Shown here piece after piece: positions 25,210 to 38,036 of a DNA stretch of 64,000 nt. The position numbers and the translations under genes were made by a program. The stretch comes from Callorhinchus milii (lineage: Eukaryota). Below the pieces are notes generated by a model. It was not told where the DNA came from. It was given only the letters and a program-made list of their open reading frames with translations, and searched no databases. Location of the stretch: positions 43,712,001 to 43,776,000 of the forward strand of contig NW_024704743.1 in the NCBI RefSeq assembly GCF_018977255.1. The letters run 5' to 3'. The first letter of the stretch is position 1. Each line of letters opens with the position of its first letter.

Positions 25210-26165
25210 TGTCTAATCATTGCTCATAGCTCATTTCTCTAACACTGGAGAGCATCCTCAATGTTCTGCTCTGCCTCTCATGCCTGGCCAGCCTTTTTAT
25301 GTCATGGGGACCAGAACTGTATACATTACTCTAGGTGGGAGGGCTTGACCACAGAATTGTACTGGTTGAGCATGATGTCTGGGGATCTGAACTCAACCAA
25401 TTTCGCAATAAAGCCAAGCAACCAATTTGCTTTGTATATTGCTGTCTCTCACTAATTTGACATCGTGAGCAATGAGTCAATTCACACTCTAGATCACTTT
25501 GAGATGCCCCCTTGGCAAGTTCTGTGCAATCGACAGAGTACAAGTGTTTCCTTTATTTATTTCCTATATGTGACACCATGCATTTAGCAGCACTAAACTT
25601 TATTTGGCATGTTATCAGCTCATGTGTATGCCCTACCAAGCTCTCTTTGTAATACGTTTGCTGCCTCATCTGAGTCTACATAGCCTGGCCATTAATAAAC
25701 ACAAAGGACAAGAGGAGTCCCAGTAAGTACCTTTGAGACATCCCCATTGATACCTCCTGCATTCTTAGCTAGCTCCCATAACAACAACTCTATTTCTCTT
25801 CCCTTTCAGTCAATTTTGAATCAATGTCAATGTCTACATATACCACATCATATGGCTTTCCACAATCAATTTTGGGTTTCACCTCCTCAAAAACATCTTT
25901 GAAGTTGGTCAGACAAGATCTACGCCTTCTGAATCTGTGCTGGCATTATGTTATTATGTTATTTTATACAGGTAATATTTCATATCTGATGATTTGGAAA
26001 ATTGTTTTCTAATTATTAGATCAGACTAATGTGTCCGTAGGTGGAATGGTTCTGTCACCTTTCTTGAATACAGAAACCATATTTGCCTGTGTCCACTCTG
26101 CTGGAATCTCACTAATGGTGATTGACTTCCCTCATAATGCCTGTCAATGCTTCACAAGTAGCTCT
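25210..26165 (-). mobile_element. Old CR1 ORF2 RT fragment
   Basis: Reverse complement shows CR1-like segments (AGAGTAATGTATACAGTTCTGGTCCCC, GGGATGTCTCAAAGGTACTTACTGGGACTC, CAGATTCAGAAGGCGTAGATCTTGTCTGACCAACTT). Confidence 0.65.
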
Positions 26166-26259
26166 GTATTATTATTATTATTATGCAGAGGGGAAACTTT
26201 AGGCTAAAACAAACACATGTAGTAAGATTAAAATGCATATACTGTTGATGTAATAAATT

Positions 26260-27340
26260 AGCTAAACTTATATAAATGATTAGCTAGACCGTAGTTAGAA
26301 AATTATGTCCAGTATTGGTCACCCCATTTAAAGAATGTTGTTAAGGCAGTACAGCGGGTGCAGAGGAGATTTACTAGAATGAACCCAGGTAGAGACGTTT
26401 GGCCTTTGAGCGGAGACCGGAGGGACTGGGATTTTATTCCACTGGAACAGAGAAGGTTGAGGGGTGCCTTGGTAGAGATCTTTAAAAAAAAAATGTTTCT
26501 TTTCGTTTTTTGGTCAACCAGGTGTCTGACAAATGCAGAAAGCCAGCACCATTCTTAAGAGTATCCAAACCAAGATGAGAATTCCATACATCCCCCTACA
26601 CATGGACATTCCAGAGATAAATTGTTAGGATGGAATGCGGACTCTTTCTCCCTGGAAAGACACAGCCTGCTTACCTAATTCCAGAAACTATTAGGTGCAG
26701 GTTGGCAAAGCTAAGGCTTTGGGAACCTCAGAGTATGCGTTGGAGTACTGTATTTGTATCTACCCTATCAGATCCCTTTATTATTTTAAAAACCTCACTC
26801 AGATCACCCCTCAACCTTCTCAACTCAAATGAATAGAGACCAAGTTTATGCCACCTCTCACTTCAGCACTAAGGAAACCCTGTTTATCTGCTCCCCAGAG
26901 GATATTCACTTGTCGGTCGTTCAACATCCAACAAGTGTGGGTTTGAGCTTCATTAGGTGGATGGTAGGTACAAGGAACTGCCTCCGAGCTTCCCATCTTT
27001 AAAATTGTGAGGGGTTTTGATAGAGTAATAAGGGGAAATCATTTACATTAGTCATTGAGTCAGTAACTAAAGGGCACCAATTCAAGATGGTTAGTAAATG
27101 AACAAATGGGTAGGTTAGGAAAATAAATTTCATATACAGAGCAGTTGGGATATTGAAAGCCCTGCCAGGAGCTATTGTTGAGGCAGAATCCATATTGGCC
27201 TTCAAGAGGAACCGGGAAAATGCCTTGAAAAGAATCAGCTACAGTGGGAATGACATTGAAAGGATTGGTCTTGAGGGAACCAGCACAGACATGATGGGCC
27301 AAATGGCATTCTTCTGTGCTGTAAATGTCTATGGTTCTAA
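26260..27340 (+). mobile_element. CR1 3' fragment interrupted by a composite insertion of about 507 bp (26488-26994)
   Basis: VQRRFTRMNPG...LEQRRLRGALVEIFK resumes as KIVRGFDRV at about 27000. ATCTTTAAAA is duplicated at both junctions. The 3' end is ATGATGGGCCAAATGGCATTCTTCTGTGCTGTAAATGTCTATGGTTCTA. Confidence 0.85.
26488..26752 (-). mobile_element. Family U repeat copy
   Basis: T-rich boundary, then GGTCAACCAGGTGTCTGACAAATGCAGAAAGCCAGCACCATTCTTAAGAGTATCCAAACC, shared with the other copies. Confidence 0.7.
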
Positions 27341-28384
27341 GCATAATTTATCCATACTTGTGACTACCGCTTTTTTAAAACATATTGCACAGTTTGCCAG
27401 TTTGCATATTGGGAGCAATCCTGGTGTATGCAACACATCACATGACGTTGTCCGTCTGGTTCTTGGTAGCTGCTGGGTTGTCAGACCTAGCTTGACAAGC
27501 ATGATCACACAGAACACACTGTAACCCCACTTTCCCCAGGAATGAAATTCCTTGTGCGCTTTGTGTGGATAACATGCAAATTGCTGAAGGTGAAGAACTG
27601 GAATTAGCAAATTTCTTCTGTGATGTGATTGCCAATTACGCATTAACAATGACATAAATTATTACTCGAAACACGACATTGAATAAATTTATAAAAATTA
27701 AATGTGCTTTTACATTTACGCAAACACAAATCACACAAATACCTTGCTGCTAAGCTAACCTGGTAGTGAAGCAATAGATTCACTTGAACTTTTAAGTTCA
27801 AAACATCTGATCATTTAAGTTGGTTTCTGGTTCCAATAGGATTGGACATGAGAATAGAAACCTCAAATGATTTGGATCAGATTTTAAAAATCCGTCAGCT
27901 GGTTCGTTTTTCTCTCCAATACGCAGCAATGTAACCTAATTCAAAAGCTCTGATACTGATTTCAATCGCAAGAATTACAGACAGTAAAAGACCCCAAAGA
28001 ACCAATTGTTTATGCAAATAAAGGAAATAAACATCCAGTTTGATTTTTGCTGCCATATGTGGAGACCACTAAAGTCTGGTGTTTGATATAATATTTTAAA
28101 ATCAGCAATTGCACTGGTAGCCATGATGTTAAAAATGCTTAATTGAAATGAACATTCAAGAATTTTTCCCAGAGGAGCATGCACAGTGCGATTCATACCC
28201 ACTGTATTTATACTGCTGGGGAGGTCAATAGCGCTGAATCCACCTCCTCCATTGTGATTAATATAGCTGGATACCCTGTTTACTCTGCATCTTAGGTGGT
28301 GAATGACTGCCAAAATCGAGTACAGTAATTCATAACCAAACATGCAGCGTAAACTCAGAAGTGAACCAGAATACAATCAAACAT

Positions 28385-28796
28385 GTATCAGTCTGGCTCT
28401 GTTGGTAGCACTTTCACCTCTGGTTCAGAAGGTTGCGAGTTCAATCCCCACATCAGGTCTATTTTAAGCTGGTATTCCAATACAGTGCTAGGTGTGCGCA
28501 TTGTCGGGGATGCCGTCCTTTGGATGAGACAATAAACCAGCATCCCCTCTGCTTGTTAAAGATCCCATGGCACTATTCAAAAAGAGAAGTATTCTCATAG
28601 TGTCCTGGCCAATAATCTTCCCAAATTGTCATTTACTTAATGGCTGTTTGTGGGACATTGCTGTGTGCAAATTGGCTGCAGTGTTTGCCTACAAAATACA
28701 ATTGCTACATTTTATAGTAATTCCTTTGAAGTGCTTTTTGAGACGTCTCAACGAAGTGATAACGCTCTATATCAAATGTAAGGATTATTATTATTA
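28385..28796 (+). mobile_element. Family D SINE, full length
   Basis: TGGCTCTGTTGGTAGCACT...CAGAAGGTTGCGAGTTCAATCCC head, AAAGATCCCATGGCACTATTCAAA, GCTGTTTGTGGGACATTGCTGTGTGCAAATTGGCTGC, and an (ATT)n tail. Confidence 0.85.
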
Positions 28797-29261
28797 GAAC
28801 AGAACAGAAATGTACTTTCATCAAGGTGTGCTCTGGAAACAGGCTGCATTTGCTGCTGATTTGCACTCATGGCTGAAGTGAAATCACACTTCAAAGGCAG
28901 GGTAAGCACCTGATTTATTTTTTTAATCATATAATGACCAGATGAAAAATAATGTTGAGGCAGAAATGGCTAAAAGCTTTTCCAGAATTAGTTCATAAAA
29001 TTTTAACTTGGATTAATACGTTCTCTTACGATTTGTGACTATACACTTTGCTCAATTTGCAACTCAGTGCAGTAATAAATACATTATCCACACAGTGCCA
29101 GCTCATACACTTCCATTTATTATGCAGAAAGTTGTTGCAGTAAAAATATTTATAAAAATTGAACCATTGATATTATCCATGTTTTCTACTGAAATATGAC
29201 TTTCTCAGAGATCTTCTTAGGTGCACTATGTTCCAAAAACCCATCACAAATGAAACTTAAT

Positions 29262-29470
29262 TGTACCCCAATCCACATTCTATGATCCTTTGCCTTGGCT
29301 CTTACCAACCTGTGCCTAAAACTCTCTGGTATGAGTTAACCAGGGTGTGTAACTCCTGGGAGCAATTGTGCATTCCATTCCACACACAGGTGTTATGCAA
29401 ATATGGAATTCTTAGTGTAGTTTAGATGCTCTTAAAACACAGTGATGGGTCAGACTGACTTGTGCAAATG
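29262..29470 (+). mobile_element. Family U repeat copy
   Basis: Reverse complement reads CCCATCACTGTGTTTTAAGAGCATCTAAAC...AGAATTCCATATT...TGGAATGGAATGCAC...CAGGTTGGTAAG. Confidence 0.6.
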
Positions 29471-30261
29471 GAGACTCTTTCGATTTATTATGCAGAATAT
29501 TGTTGCTAAGAAAATATTTATAAGAAAATACACTTTACCTGCTGTGCTTATTAAGTAGATCATTATAAAATATTTATCCTTATTCCATTATAACAGATTG
29601 ATGGCCTGAAGTCAAGATCATGATCTGCCATCGGTCTAACCTGAAATTAGGCCAAGTAGCACTCAAATAGCGTACAGTTCTTTATGACACTCATACCATA
29701 TTTAACGACTCACAAACTATTTAACATCATCTATTAATTTATAAGGTGTAAAATGGAATTGAGAAAGTAAATCCAGAACAATACTTCAAGATATGCCAAG
29801 GTAGCAGTACAGGAGCGTACAGGTTCAGGGTTGCGAACAGCAATTATAAAATGGATACACAGAAGTATTTCCTTATACAGAGAGTTTATAACAATTGGAA
29901 TGAGTTATCAGGAAGGACAAGAAAGGGTAGAAGGCACAACCTGTTTAAGAATGGACAGAAAGAACAGCATTCTTCATCGAAAACTCTAATTTCTCTTTTT
30001 CCCCTTTCCCACCACTTATCTTTAGTCAGTTATTTTCTTCTGCGCATCCTCGGAATGTGTCCAACTGTCCAACTGAATGTTATTTGCTCAGCTAAAAGCT
30101 GCAGAAGAACAGTTTGCCTTAACTGTGCTCAGCACCTCGATTGTCAGTATGGTAGAATCATGCTCGAGCCCCGAAACCTGACTGTCCAGCGCTTTGGGAT
30201 GTCCTCCCAATGTGATAGGCACTCTATAACTATAATTTTGTTTTTGTTGGTGTGTTGTTGT

Positions 30262-30617
30262 TGTAGCTCAGTGGTTAGAGCACCTGCCTCGCAAATAAGA
30301 GACCTGAGTTTGATTCCTGACAGGGTGAAATGTTCACGTTTCCTTACTCCACACTCCTCTGTTTACCTAGCAGTAAGTAGGAACCTGGTTGTTGGTTGAT
30401 TGGCGGATCACATTTACGGAGATAATAATTCCTTAAAAAAAATTGGTCACTTCAATCCACAACTGTTTGCGGGAATTCTGTGTACAATTGGCTGCCGCGT
30501 TTCACCCACTAAATGTACAGTCAATTGACTTCACAGTATATAGTGTGAAGCGTTTTGAGACATTTTGAAGACGAGATGAGGTTCTATATCAAATGCAAGG
30601 ATTATTATTATTATTAT
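30262..30617 (+). mobile_element. Family A SINE, long subfamily, joined to an L2 (TTG)n tail
   Basis: TGTAGCTCAGTGGTTAGAGCAC head follows directly after an L2 3' tail (about 30160-30263); (ATT)n tail. Confidence 0.85.
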
Positions 30618-30694
30618 CACTATGTGTTAACAATGCCTTCTGCTGGGTTGGACAACATTCCACATTGTGGTTATATTGGCACCATATGATAATT

Positions 30695-30915
30695 AACAAC
30701 AGCAAAATTACATTTGTATAGCGCCTTTCACATGGGGAGGTCTCCCCAAGGCGCTGAACAATCAGTGTTTCGGACCCGAGCTGGGGGTCATTACCAGGAA
30801 AGGTGGAGGGCAGGGGGGGTGAAGGAAGGTGACCAAAGGCATGGTCAAAGAGGAGGGACTTGAGATGGGTCTTGACAGAGGCAAGGGAAGGGGTGAGGCG
30901 GAGGGACTTTAGGAT
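30695..30915 (-). mobile_element. L2 3' end fragment
   Basis: AACAACAGCAAAATTACATTTGTATAGCGCCTTTCACATGGGGAG followed by G-rich L2 body. Confidence 0.8.
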
Positions 30916-32162
30916 GATTGTGGGAACATTTCAGCTTTTTTTAAAAAAAAATGTTTAACTCTTACAGCTTCTCGATCTCCGTGCTGCACACAAAGCAAGA
31001 ACTGGACAAGAATCCTGCTCCTGGTGCTCCGGTAATGTTCTGAAACTAGTTACTGGAGAATGTGAAAGGCAAGCCAATTACTGATTGTGTCTCTGGATGT
31101 CTCTCCCTTTCTGTGAGGAGGCACCTGCTCTCTGTTTGTCAGCTGGTATTTGGCTTTCTCACACCAGCACAAAACAACTTTCACACTGGGAAGCCAAACT
31201 GATCACTGCAGCTTAACAAGGGAGTGTGAGTGACAACAACTTTATCTGTGCTGTTCTATTTCTGAAGATTTAATGGCAAGATACTAAAGCCTGCACATCA
31301 TGAATAGCTCTAAAACAATGATTCTACCCAATTCCACATGGATTTACTGAATTACTTATAATTCAGAAGACAATTAAACCATGGTGCGCTCACCATGAGC
31401 AATGTTATTGGTTAGTGTAGCAATGTGCTAATGCGATATACTTTTTATGGCCTGGAATTGCACTTAACCTCAGGCAGTTAAAACCATTCTAGCTTAAAAA
31501 TTAAAATCACACAGAATTGTGAAAAATTGTTACACACTCTTAATATGATAGCCAATTCAGACCTAAGGAGAGGTTTACATTAAGTTGCTTTATTTGTTAC
31601 CCCTATGACTGTTCCCCACATTGAGATAGTGTCCAGAGTTCAGGTGACTGACAGACGTGATAGATTTACTATTCTATTCCAGTACTACATTATATAGATA
31701 TTAACAACAATAAATCAAGTAGATCTAAAAAGGAGCAGCAGATCAAAGAGAGTTTATAGGAGGAACCTCTATATGCAGAGGGTGGTGAAAACATAAAATT
31801 CACAGCCAGAAACTCTGGTTGAAACAAAAAGCATAAAAATATTGAAGAGGAAACTTGAAGCATATGTAAAGGGAATAAAGGGGATCAGGAATAATGGAGG
31901 CTTGTGTAGGGTACAATCACAAGCACAGACTAGTTGGTCCGAATGTCATGTTTCCATGCTGAATCATTCTATGTAGCTCTATGTAAATAGGAACTTGTGT
32001 GTATATTTGGGTGAAAAATGCAATGTTTCCTCACCAATTCGATAACCATTGAGCATGTTATTGAACGTGTTATGAAATATTGCATTTTTCTATCTATCCC
32101 TAAAGAAAAATGTCCTGTGGCTGAAAACTCTAAACTCAAACTGACAGAATAATAACCTGCAA

Positions 32163-32812
32163 ATACAACAACAACTTACATTTATACAGCGCCCTTCATG
32201 CGGTGTGGTGTCCCGGAGCACTTCACAGTGGCAAAGTCTGACCCCGAACCAGGGGGAGAGGGAGGGGGAGTTGACCATAAGCATGATCAAAAAGAAATGT
32301 CTTCAGGTAGAATTTGAAAGTGGGGAGGGAAGGGGCAAAGCGGAAGGATTGGAGGGATGTGAATTGCAGTTTTAAAAGCCAAAATTTTAATTGATTCAGA
32401 TACTTTGAAACAGTTGCATTCATTATGAATAACAGCTGACATGTACTGGTAATCCAATGAATAGGAGTAATTATTGACCTGTGACATCCTAACCCCCGAC
32501 CAACCTGTCCATTTCTTCTACTTCATGTCTCTTGCCTTGCCCGGTCCACCATTGGTGGGCAGGCCTTCAGCCTCTCTGCCCCCAACCTCTGGAACTCCAT
32601 CCCACATTCCTTCCACCTCGCCCCCTCACTTGTCTTCTTCAAGACCTGTCTCAAGACCCTCCTCTTCGACCGTGCCTTCGGTCATCCTCCTACCCATACC
32701 ATCCCAGCCCTCCTGATACCAACCACCAGCTTGGGTGTAGTTCCCTGACTGTCAACTCCTTGGGAAGTCTTCCTGATGTGAAAGGCACTATACAAATGCA
32801 ATTTGTTGTTGT
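32163..32812. mobile_element. Head-to-head pair of L2 3' fragments (32163-32360 minus; 32490-32812 plus)
   Basis: (CAA)n tail on the left, (TTG)n tail on the right, with LKTFLF-type L2 C-terminal sequence. Confidence 0.75.
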
Positions 32813-33602
32813 CGGGAGGAGTCAACCTGTATTGAAAACATACTGAGATGTTGCCATTAAAGCAAGCATAGCATGTTTTTGTTTCAGATCCATCAAGTAC
32901 TGTTAAGTAACTCAATGTCCAATACTTTGAAATGGAATACCATTGTCAATCTTAAGGGTCATTCATCCCAATTGTTAATTTATATCTGTATTTGTGGGAT
33001 GTGGTGGACACCAATTTTTGCTTGAACACTGTACTTTTCGACTATGCTGAGAAGTAGGAAGGTCACTCAGATCATTCTCATCTCTTGTCAATAAGAGCAA
33101 AGTTCTAGGACTTGGTTTACAGCATAACTCATCCTGAAATGCATGAGAGAATTGCCACATTCTAGTACCCACAGCTTTGATACACATACCTACCCAATGA
33201 GCAAACGTTCCACCAGTTAGAAGGGTGAATAGAGCTTGAGTAGCAGCTGCTTACCAGTTAAGTTAGATACCAAGCCCTGGATATTTGAGTGTGTGTTCAC
33301 AAACTTGGTCTCCAGGCAATGCCTTCCAACAGCGATTATCTCAAGCTTCAAAGTTTTCTCATTAGCGGAGATCTGCATAGTAGAAGGACCTATAAAGGAC
33401 AGCTTGTGTTGTGCCAGCCACCTTGGTGCTCCTGAGGTCCAAGATCAACTCTACATATCAGGTTTATTCAACACAAACTGCTTAATCCAGGTCCTCATGT
33501 GAGAGTGTTGACACTGAATGGATTTAAAGCAGGACACAAATAAGAAAAGAATAAATAATTGTGTGACCACATTTGTATAACTAGATAGAAAAGCACCTGC
33601 TC

Positions 33603-34000
33603 AACAACAACAACTTGCATTTATATAGTGCCTCTCACTCAGGGTAGCATCCCCGAGCGCTTGACAGTGGCGGAGCACGACTCTGTGTTGGGGGTAGGAG
33701 GAAGTGACCGTAGGCACGGATGAATAGGAAGGTCTTCAGGCATGACCTGAAAATGGGAAAGGAAAGGGCAAGGCAGAGGGATAAAGGAAGAGTGGTCTAG
33801 AGTTTTGGGGTGCAGTGGATGAAAGCGCAGTCAACAATGTGGAGTGAAGGGCATGAGGGACTTGCAGAAGGTCGGAGCCAGTCGAGTGGAGCTAGCAGGT
33901 TGTGGGTTGGGGGTAAGCAGGTCGAAGAGTCAGGGAGATGCCAGGGCATGTAGGGATTTGAAAACGAGTGTGAAGATCTTGAGATTGACCCGTTCATTGA
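33603..34000 (-). mobile_element. L2 3' fragment
   Basis: (CAA)n CTTGCATTTATATAGTGCC tail, with an L2 C-terminal remnant (KIFTLVFKSLHALASP) on the minus strand. Confidence 0.75.
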
Positions 34001-34059
34001 TGGACCGATCAACAATGTCCCAGAACCATGTCCCTCAATCATCAGAAACAAATACCATT

Positions 34060-34383
34060 ACATTGCAGTGCTGGTGGTGCGCTTCATTGTTGGAGGTGCT
34101 GTCCTTCAAATCAGAACTTAAACTGAGGTGCCATCTGCTTGTCCAGGTGGACTTTAAAGATCCCATGACACTATTCAAAAAAAGAGAAGGGAATTTGTCA
34201 TGGGGTCCTGGTTAACAATGCCCCAAACAAAATGGGTCACTCAATCCGTGGCTGTTTGTGTGATATAGTTTGTGTGCAATTTGGTTCTCACGTTCGACCA
34301 CAAAATACAGAGTCAGATCTGTGAAGCACTTTGAGATGTCCTCCTGACATAAAAAGGTGCTATAACAAATGCAAGGATTATTA
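34060..34383 (+). mobile_element. Family D SINE, 5'-truncated
   Basis: CAGGTGGACTTTAAAGATCCCATGACACTATTCAAA and the shared tail, followed by an AT-rich array to about 34460. Confidence 0.75.
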
Positions 34384-34679
34384 TAGTTTTTGTTATTGTA
34401 ATAATAATTATTGTTATAATGATATAATGATTGTGTTGTTATAATTATTATTAAAATAACAGGATGGGATAGTTATTTCTGCCATCAAGATGAACTAAAA
34501 TTAAAGTTTAAGAAACATAAATGGAGTCATATTAGTCCTTTATTAATTATGATAATAACATTTAAATTAACATTGTTGGCCCCAAGCAGCCTCATTTTGT
34601 GCACATTTGAATTCAGATTGCCCAGAATTGAAATGAACTTGATGTCGTTGGGTAACTGAATGTGCATCCAAGGATGTAC

Positions 34680-35399
34680 ACTTCACCTTATTAAGCCAGT
34701 CCGGAAACTTGACTTCTTGTTTCTCAACCATCCTTTCTACCCACATCTGTGCCATGTCCCGCTCTGCCTTTCCCCACCTCTGCAATATCACCCGACTCTG
34801 CCACTATCTCACACCGCAGGTCGCCAAAACCATCATAAATGCATTCATAACATCGAGGCTTGACTATGCAAACTATCTGTTTGTTGGCAACTCCCCAACT
34901 CCTCCCTCCATAGGCTGCAGATCATCCAGAACTCTGCATCCTGTGTCCTCTCCCGCACCAGGCTCCGTGACCCTATCGCCCCCATCCTCGCCCGACTCCA
35001 CTGGCTTCCCATCACACAGAGGATACAGTTCAAGATCCTGGTCCTCACCTTCAAAGCCCTCCATGGCCTTGCTCCCCCCTACATCTGAGATCTCCTAACC
35101 CCCTACCAACCTGCCCACTCCCTCCGCTCAGTGGGCTCTGGCATGCTTCATGTCCCCCGCCTTGCTCGCCCCACCATTGGCGGGCGAGCCTCAAGCCATT
35201 CTGCCCCCACCCTCTGGAACTCCATCCCGCAGTCCCTCAGCCTCGCCTCCTCCCCTGCCTCACCTTCCTTCCCCACCTGCCCTCCACCCTCTCCAATCCC
35301 AACCCCCAGCTCGAGTCCAAAACACTGGCTGTCCTGCACTTTGGGACGTCCTCCTGACATGAAAGGCGCTATACAAATGTGATTTTGTTGTTGTTGTTG
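34680..35399 (+). mobile_element. L2-clade LINE, 5'-truncated, relatively young
   Basis: Translates to [80 protein letters not shown]; ends GGCGCTATACAAATGTGATT(TTG)n. Confidence 0.92.
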
Positions 35400-36199
35400 A
35401 ATCCTAAGCAACGCTTAACCTCAGTGTGAGAGTAATAAGTGTCATTGTGATAGGAAATTCAAAACAAAAGAAAAAGAGACTGGGGTCTGCACACTGAATG
35501 CATCACGCACAGACTGTTGCTTCCATAGCAGATCAATTAATAACACACTTGAAAAGTCAGGAGGATGAGAGTTGATAAAAGATAACATAAAGAGCAGAAA
35601 ATTAAAATCAATAATGTTCAGATTACAAAACTCTATCATCCCTTTCCCATTACATAAACAAACTACACTTCCAGATTTAATATGGACTCCAACTCACCAA
35701 CAGAATGCAGCACAATACATTGCACAGTGTGGCCTCACACCAACTCAAACATACAGCATGATTGTCAGTGGTGCTGACATCCATTAAGAATGAATAGCAG
35801 CATGAATTACTAACCATATGTGGGTTCAATATGGGCCACATTCAATACTTCACATTTGAGTTCACCTGTTCCTGTAAAAACATTGTGAGTGTCTTCAGGC
35901 AGTGGGAAAAGAAGCCTGCCACCTGCGAATGTATTAATAAAAATAATAATGATTACTCTTGTTTGCAATATAGCGGCCTTTCATTTCGGGAGGATGCCTC
36001 AAAGCGCTTCATATGATTTTACTGTAAAATGTATCGACTGCATATTTTGCAGACATGACAGCCAATTTGAACACAGCAATGTCCTACAAACAGAATGAAG
36101 AAAATGATCAACTAAAGGTTTTGAAACTATAGACGGCACTTATAGTGCCTTCACTGGCCCAACAAAATGTATATACAATTACTTTCAATTTCAAGAACA

Positions 36200-36630
36200 C
36201 CTTGCACTCGTTTAACCTATGAGCAAACACGAGAAGAAATGGGTCTATTTTCACTGGAACAGAGAAGGTCGAGGGGAAACCTAGCAATGAACTTTAAAAT
36301 GAGGAGGGGTTTTGATAAAATAGATAGGGAGAAATTATTTCCTGTGGTTGGTGAGTTGGTGACAAGAGGGCACAAATTTAATATTGCTAACAAAGTAGTA
36401 AAGAGGGGGATTAGGAGGATGGTTTCCCCACAGAGTTAGGATTTGAAATGCCCTTCCAAGTGCGGTATGATGCATACTCGATTTTAAGAGGAAATTAGGT
36501 AGATATTTAAAGAGGAACCTGCAGTGTTATGAGGAAAACTCAGGTCAAAGGGACTGAATGGATTGCAAAGAGGCAACAAAGACATGATGGGCTAATGGCC
36601 TTCTTCTGTGCTGAAATTTCTACGGTTTCT
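36200..36630 (+). mobile_element. CR1 3' fragment
   Basis: GLFSLEQRRSRGNL...GFDKIDREKLFP...VTRGHKF; 3' end ATGATGGGCTAATGGCCTTCTTCTGTGCTGAAATTTCTACGGTTTCTAT. Confidence 0.85.
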
Positions 36631-38036
36631 ATGTAGTGCTTTTCGTGATAGGATGAATACCTTGAAGCACTTGATGATAGAGGTCAACCTGTTGCAAAAG
36701 AAGGAAGAAAGGAGTGTTTAACATATTGGCCAAACCTACAGTCAAAGGCATAGGTTTTAAAGAGGGCTTTAAAGAATTTTGGAAGAGAGTTCCAAAGAGT
36801 GGGACATAGCAGTTAGGGACTTGGGCATGACAAGGTAGAATAAGTGAGAGACTAGAATAAGTGAGAATGATCAAGAGGCCAGAGTGGGAAGTGATGAGTA
36901 TACTGGAAGGAGAATAAGCCGGAGCACAATGCAAGGGTTGGGTGGAGCATGACTCTGATGGGGTTTGAAGGTCAGGACAAGGATATTGAAGTCAAATCCA
37001 AATTTAAAGTCATGAAAAATCTCAGGCCTCAGAAGAGTCCAGGGTTGAAGAAACATGCAGCACAGGAGTTAGGATTGGAGGTGAGGGAGACGTCCAGAGA
37101 TTCACTGGCTAACTGGTAGGTCAGGGATATGGGTAAGCTTTGTAACAATTGTTCAAGGTCATTCATCATGATGATGATCAAGTATGCATAGTATGTATTA
37201 AGTCTATTATTAAATATATTCATGCTTTTTTTTTCAACTACAGCTTCCAGCAACAAATTCTAGCAAGTTGGAGTGAAATTTCAGTTGCCACTACATGCAG
37301 CAATTTGGACAATTTTCCCATTGTAAGTGCACACAGTCAAAATCGCTGCGCTTAGCGGCAGAGGAATATCTAGCCCAGTTTGTATATCATATCAGTAATG
37401 GTTTATGTTAAAATACATCCTGAGGCAAGAGTATGCATTATGTTCCAATCCATCAACACGGTTTGGTGTTGCTACAATATATACCTTGACAGAAGGCTAG
37501 ATTTATCTCCAGGCAGAAAGCCCTGTTGTAGTATTGGGAACCTTCATTCACTGCAGGGTAAATTTTGCAGCTTATTTCCGGTTTATATCCCATTTTTAAA
37601 ATCTCCTGTAAGAATAGCACTGTAATGTTAAACCAATGACTGGTGAACAAATTACAAAATCTTGTTGAGTATTAGCTTGCCCGTATTTATTTTTTTGATT
37701 CACCTCTAATAAAAATGGAACTAATCAGCTCAAATTGAACTGTGGCATGCACAACAAATTTAAAAGATGAATTGTAAAAATTATACCATGAAACCTTGAG
37801 TTGTGGAATTGTTATACAGTTATCAATTTGGCCATTTCATCAATAGAAGAATGAAGTAGAACCCACAAATTAATAGTGATACAACACAGAAATAGTTGGT
37901 CCATCTGGCCATGTCATTCGGCCATAGTCCATGCCAGTCTTTATATTCCACATGGGTTCCCTCCCCCTCTCTTCCTCTCACCTATATCCCTCTATTTCCA
38001 ACTCCCTCAAGTATGCATAGTATGTATCAAGTTTAT

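Noticed and set aside
28865..28906. Possible first coding exon MAEVKSHFKGR|gtaagc
   Set aside because: There is no promoter or CpG island nearby and no downstream partner exon; it is too short to support.
29851..30399. 182-aa ORF
   Set aside because: A chance read-through of a CR1 remnant, unique DNA, an L2 tail and a SINE head.
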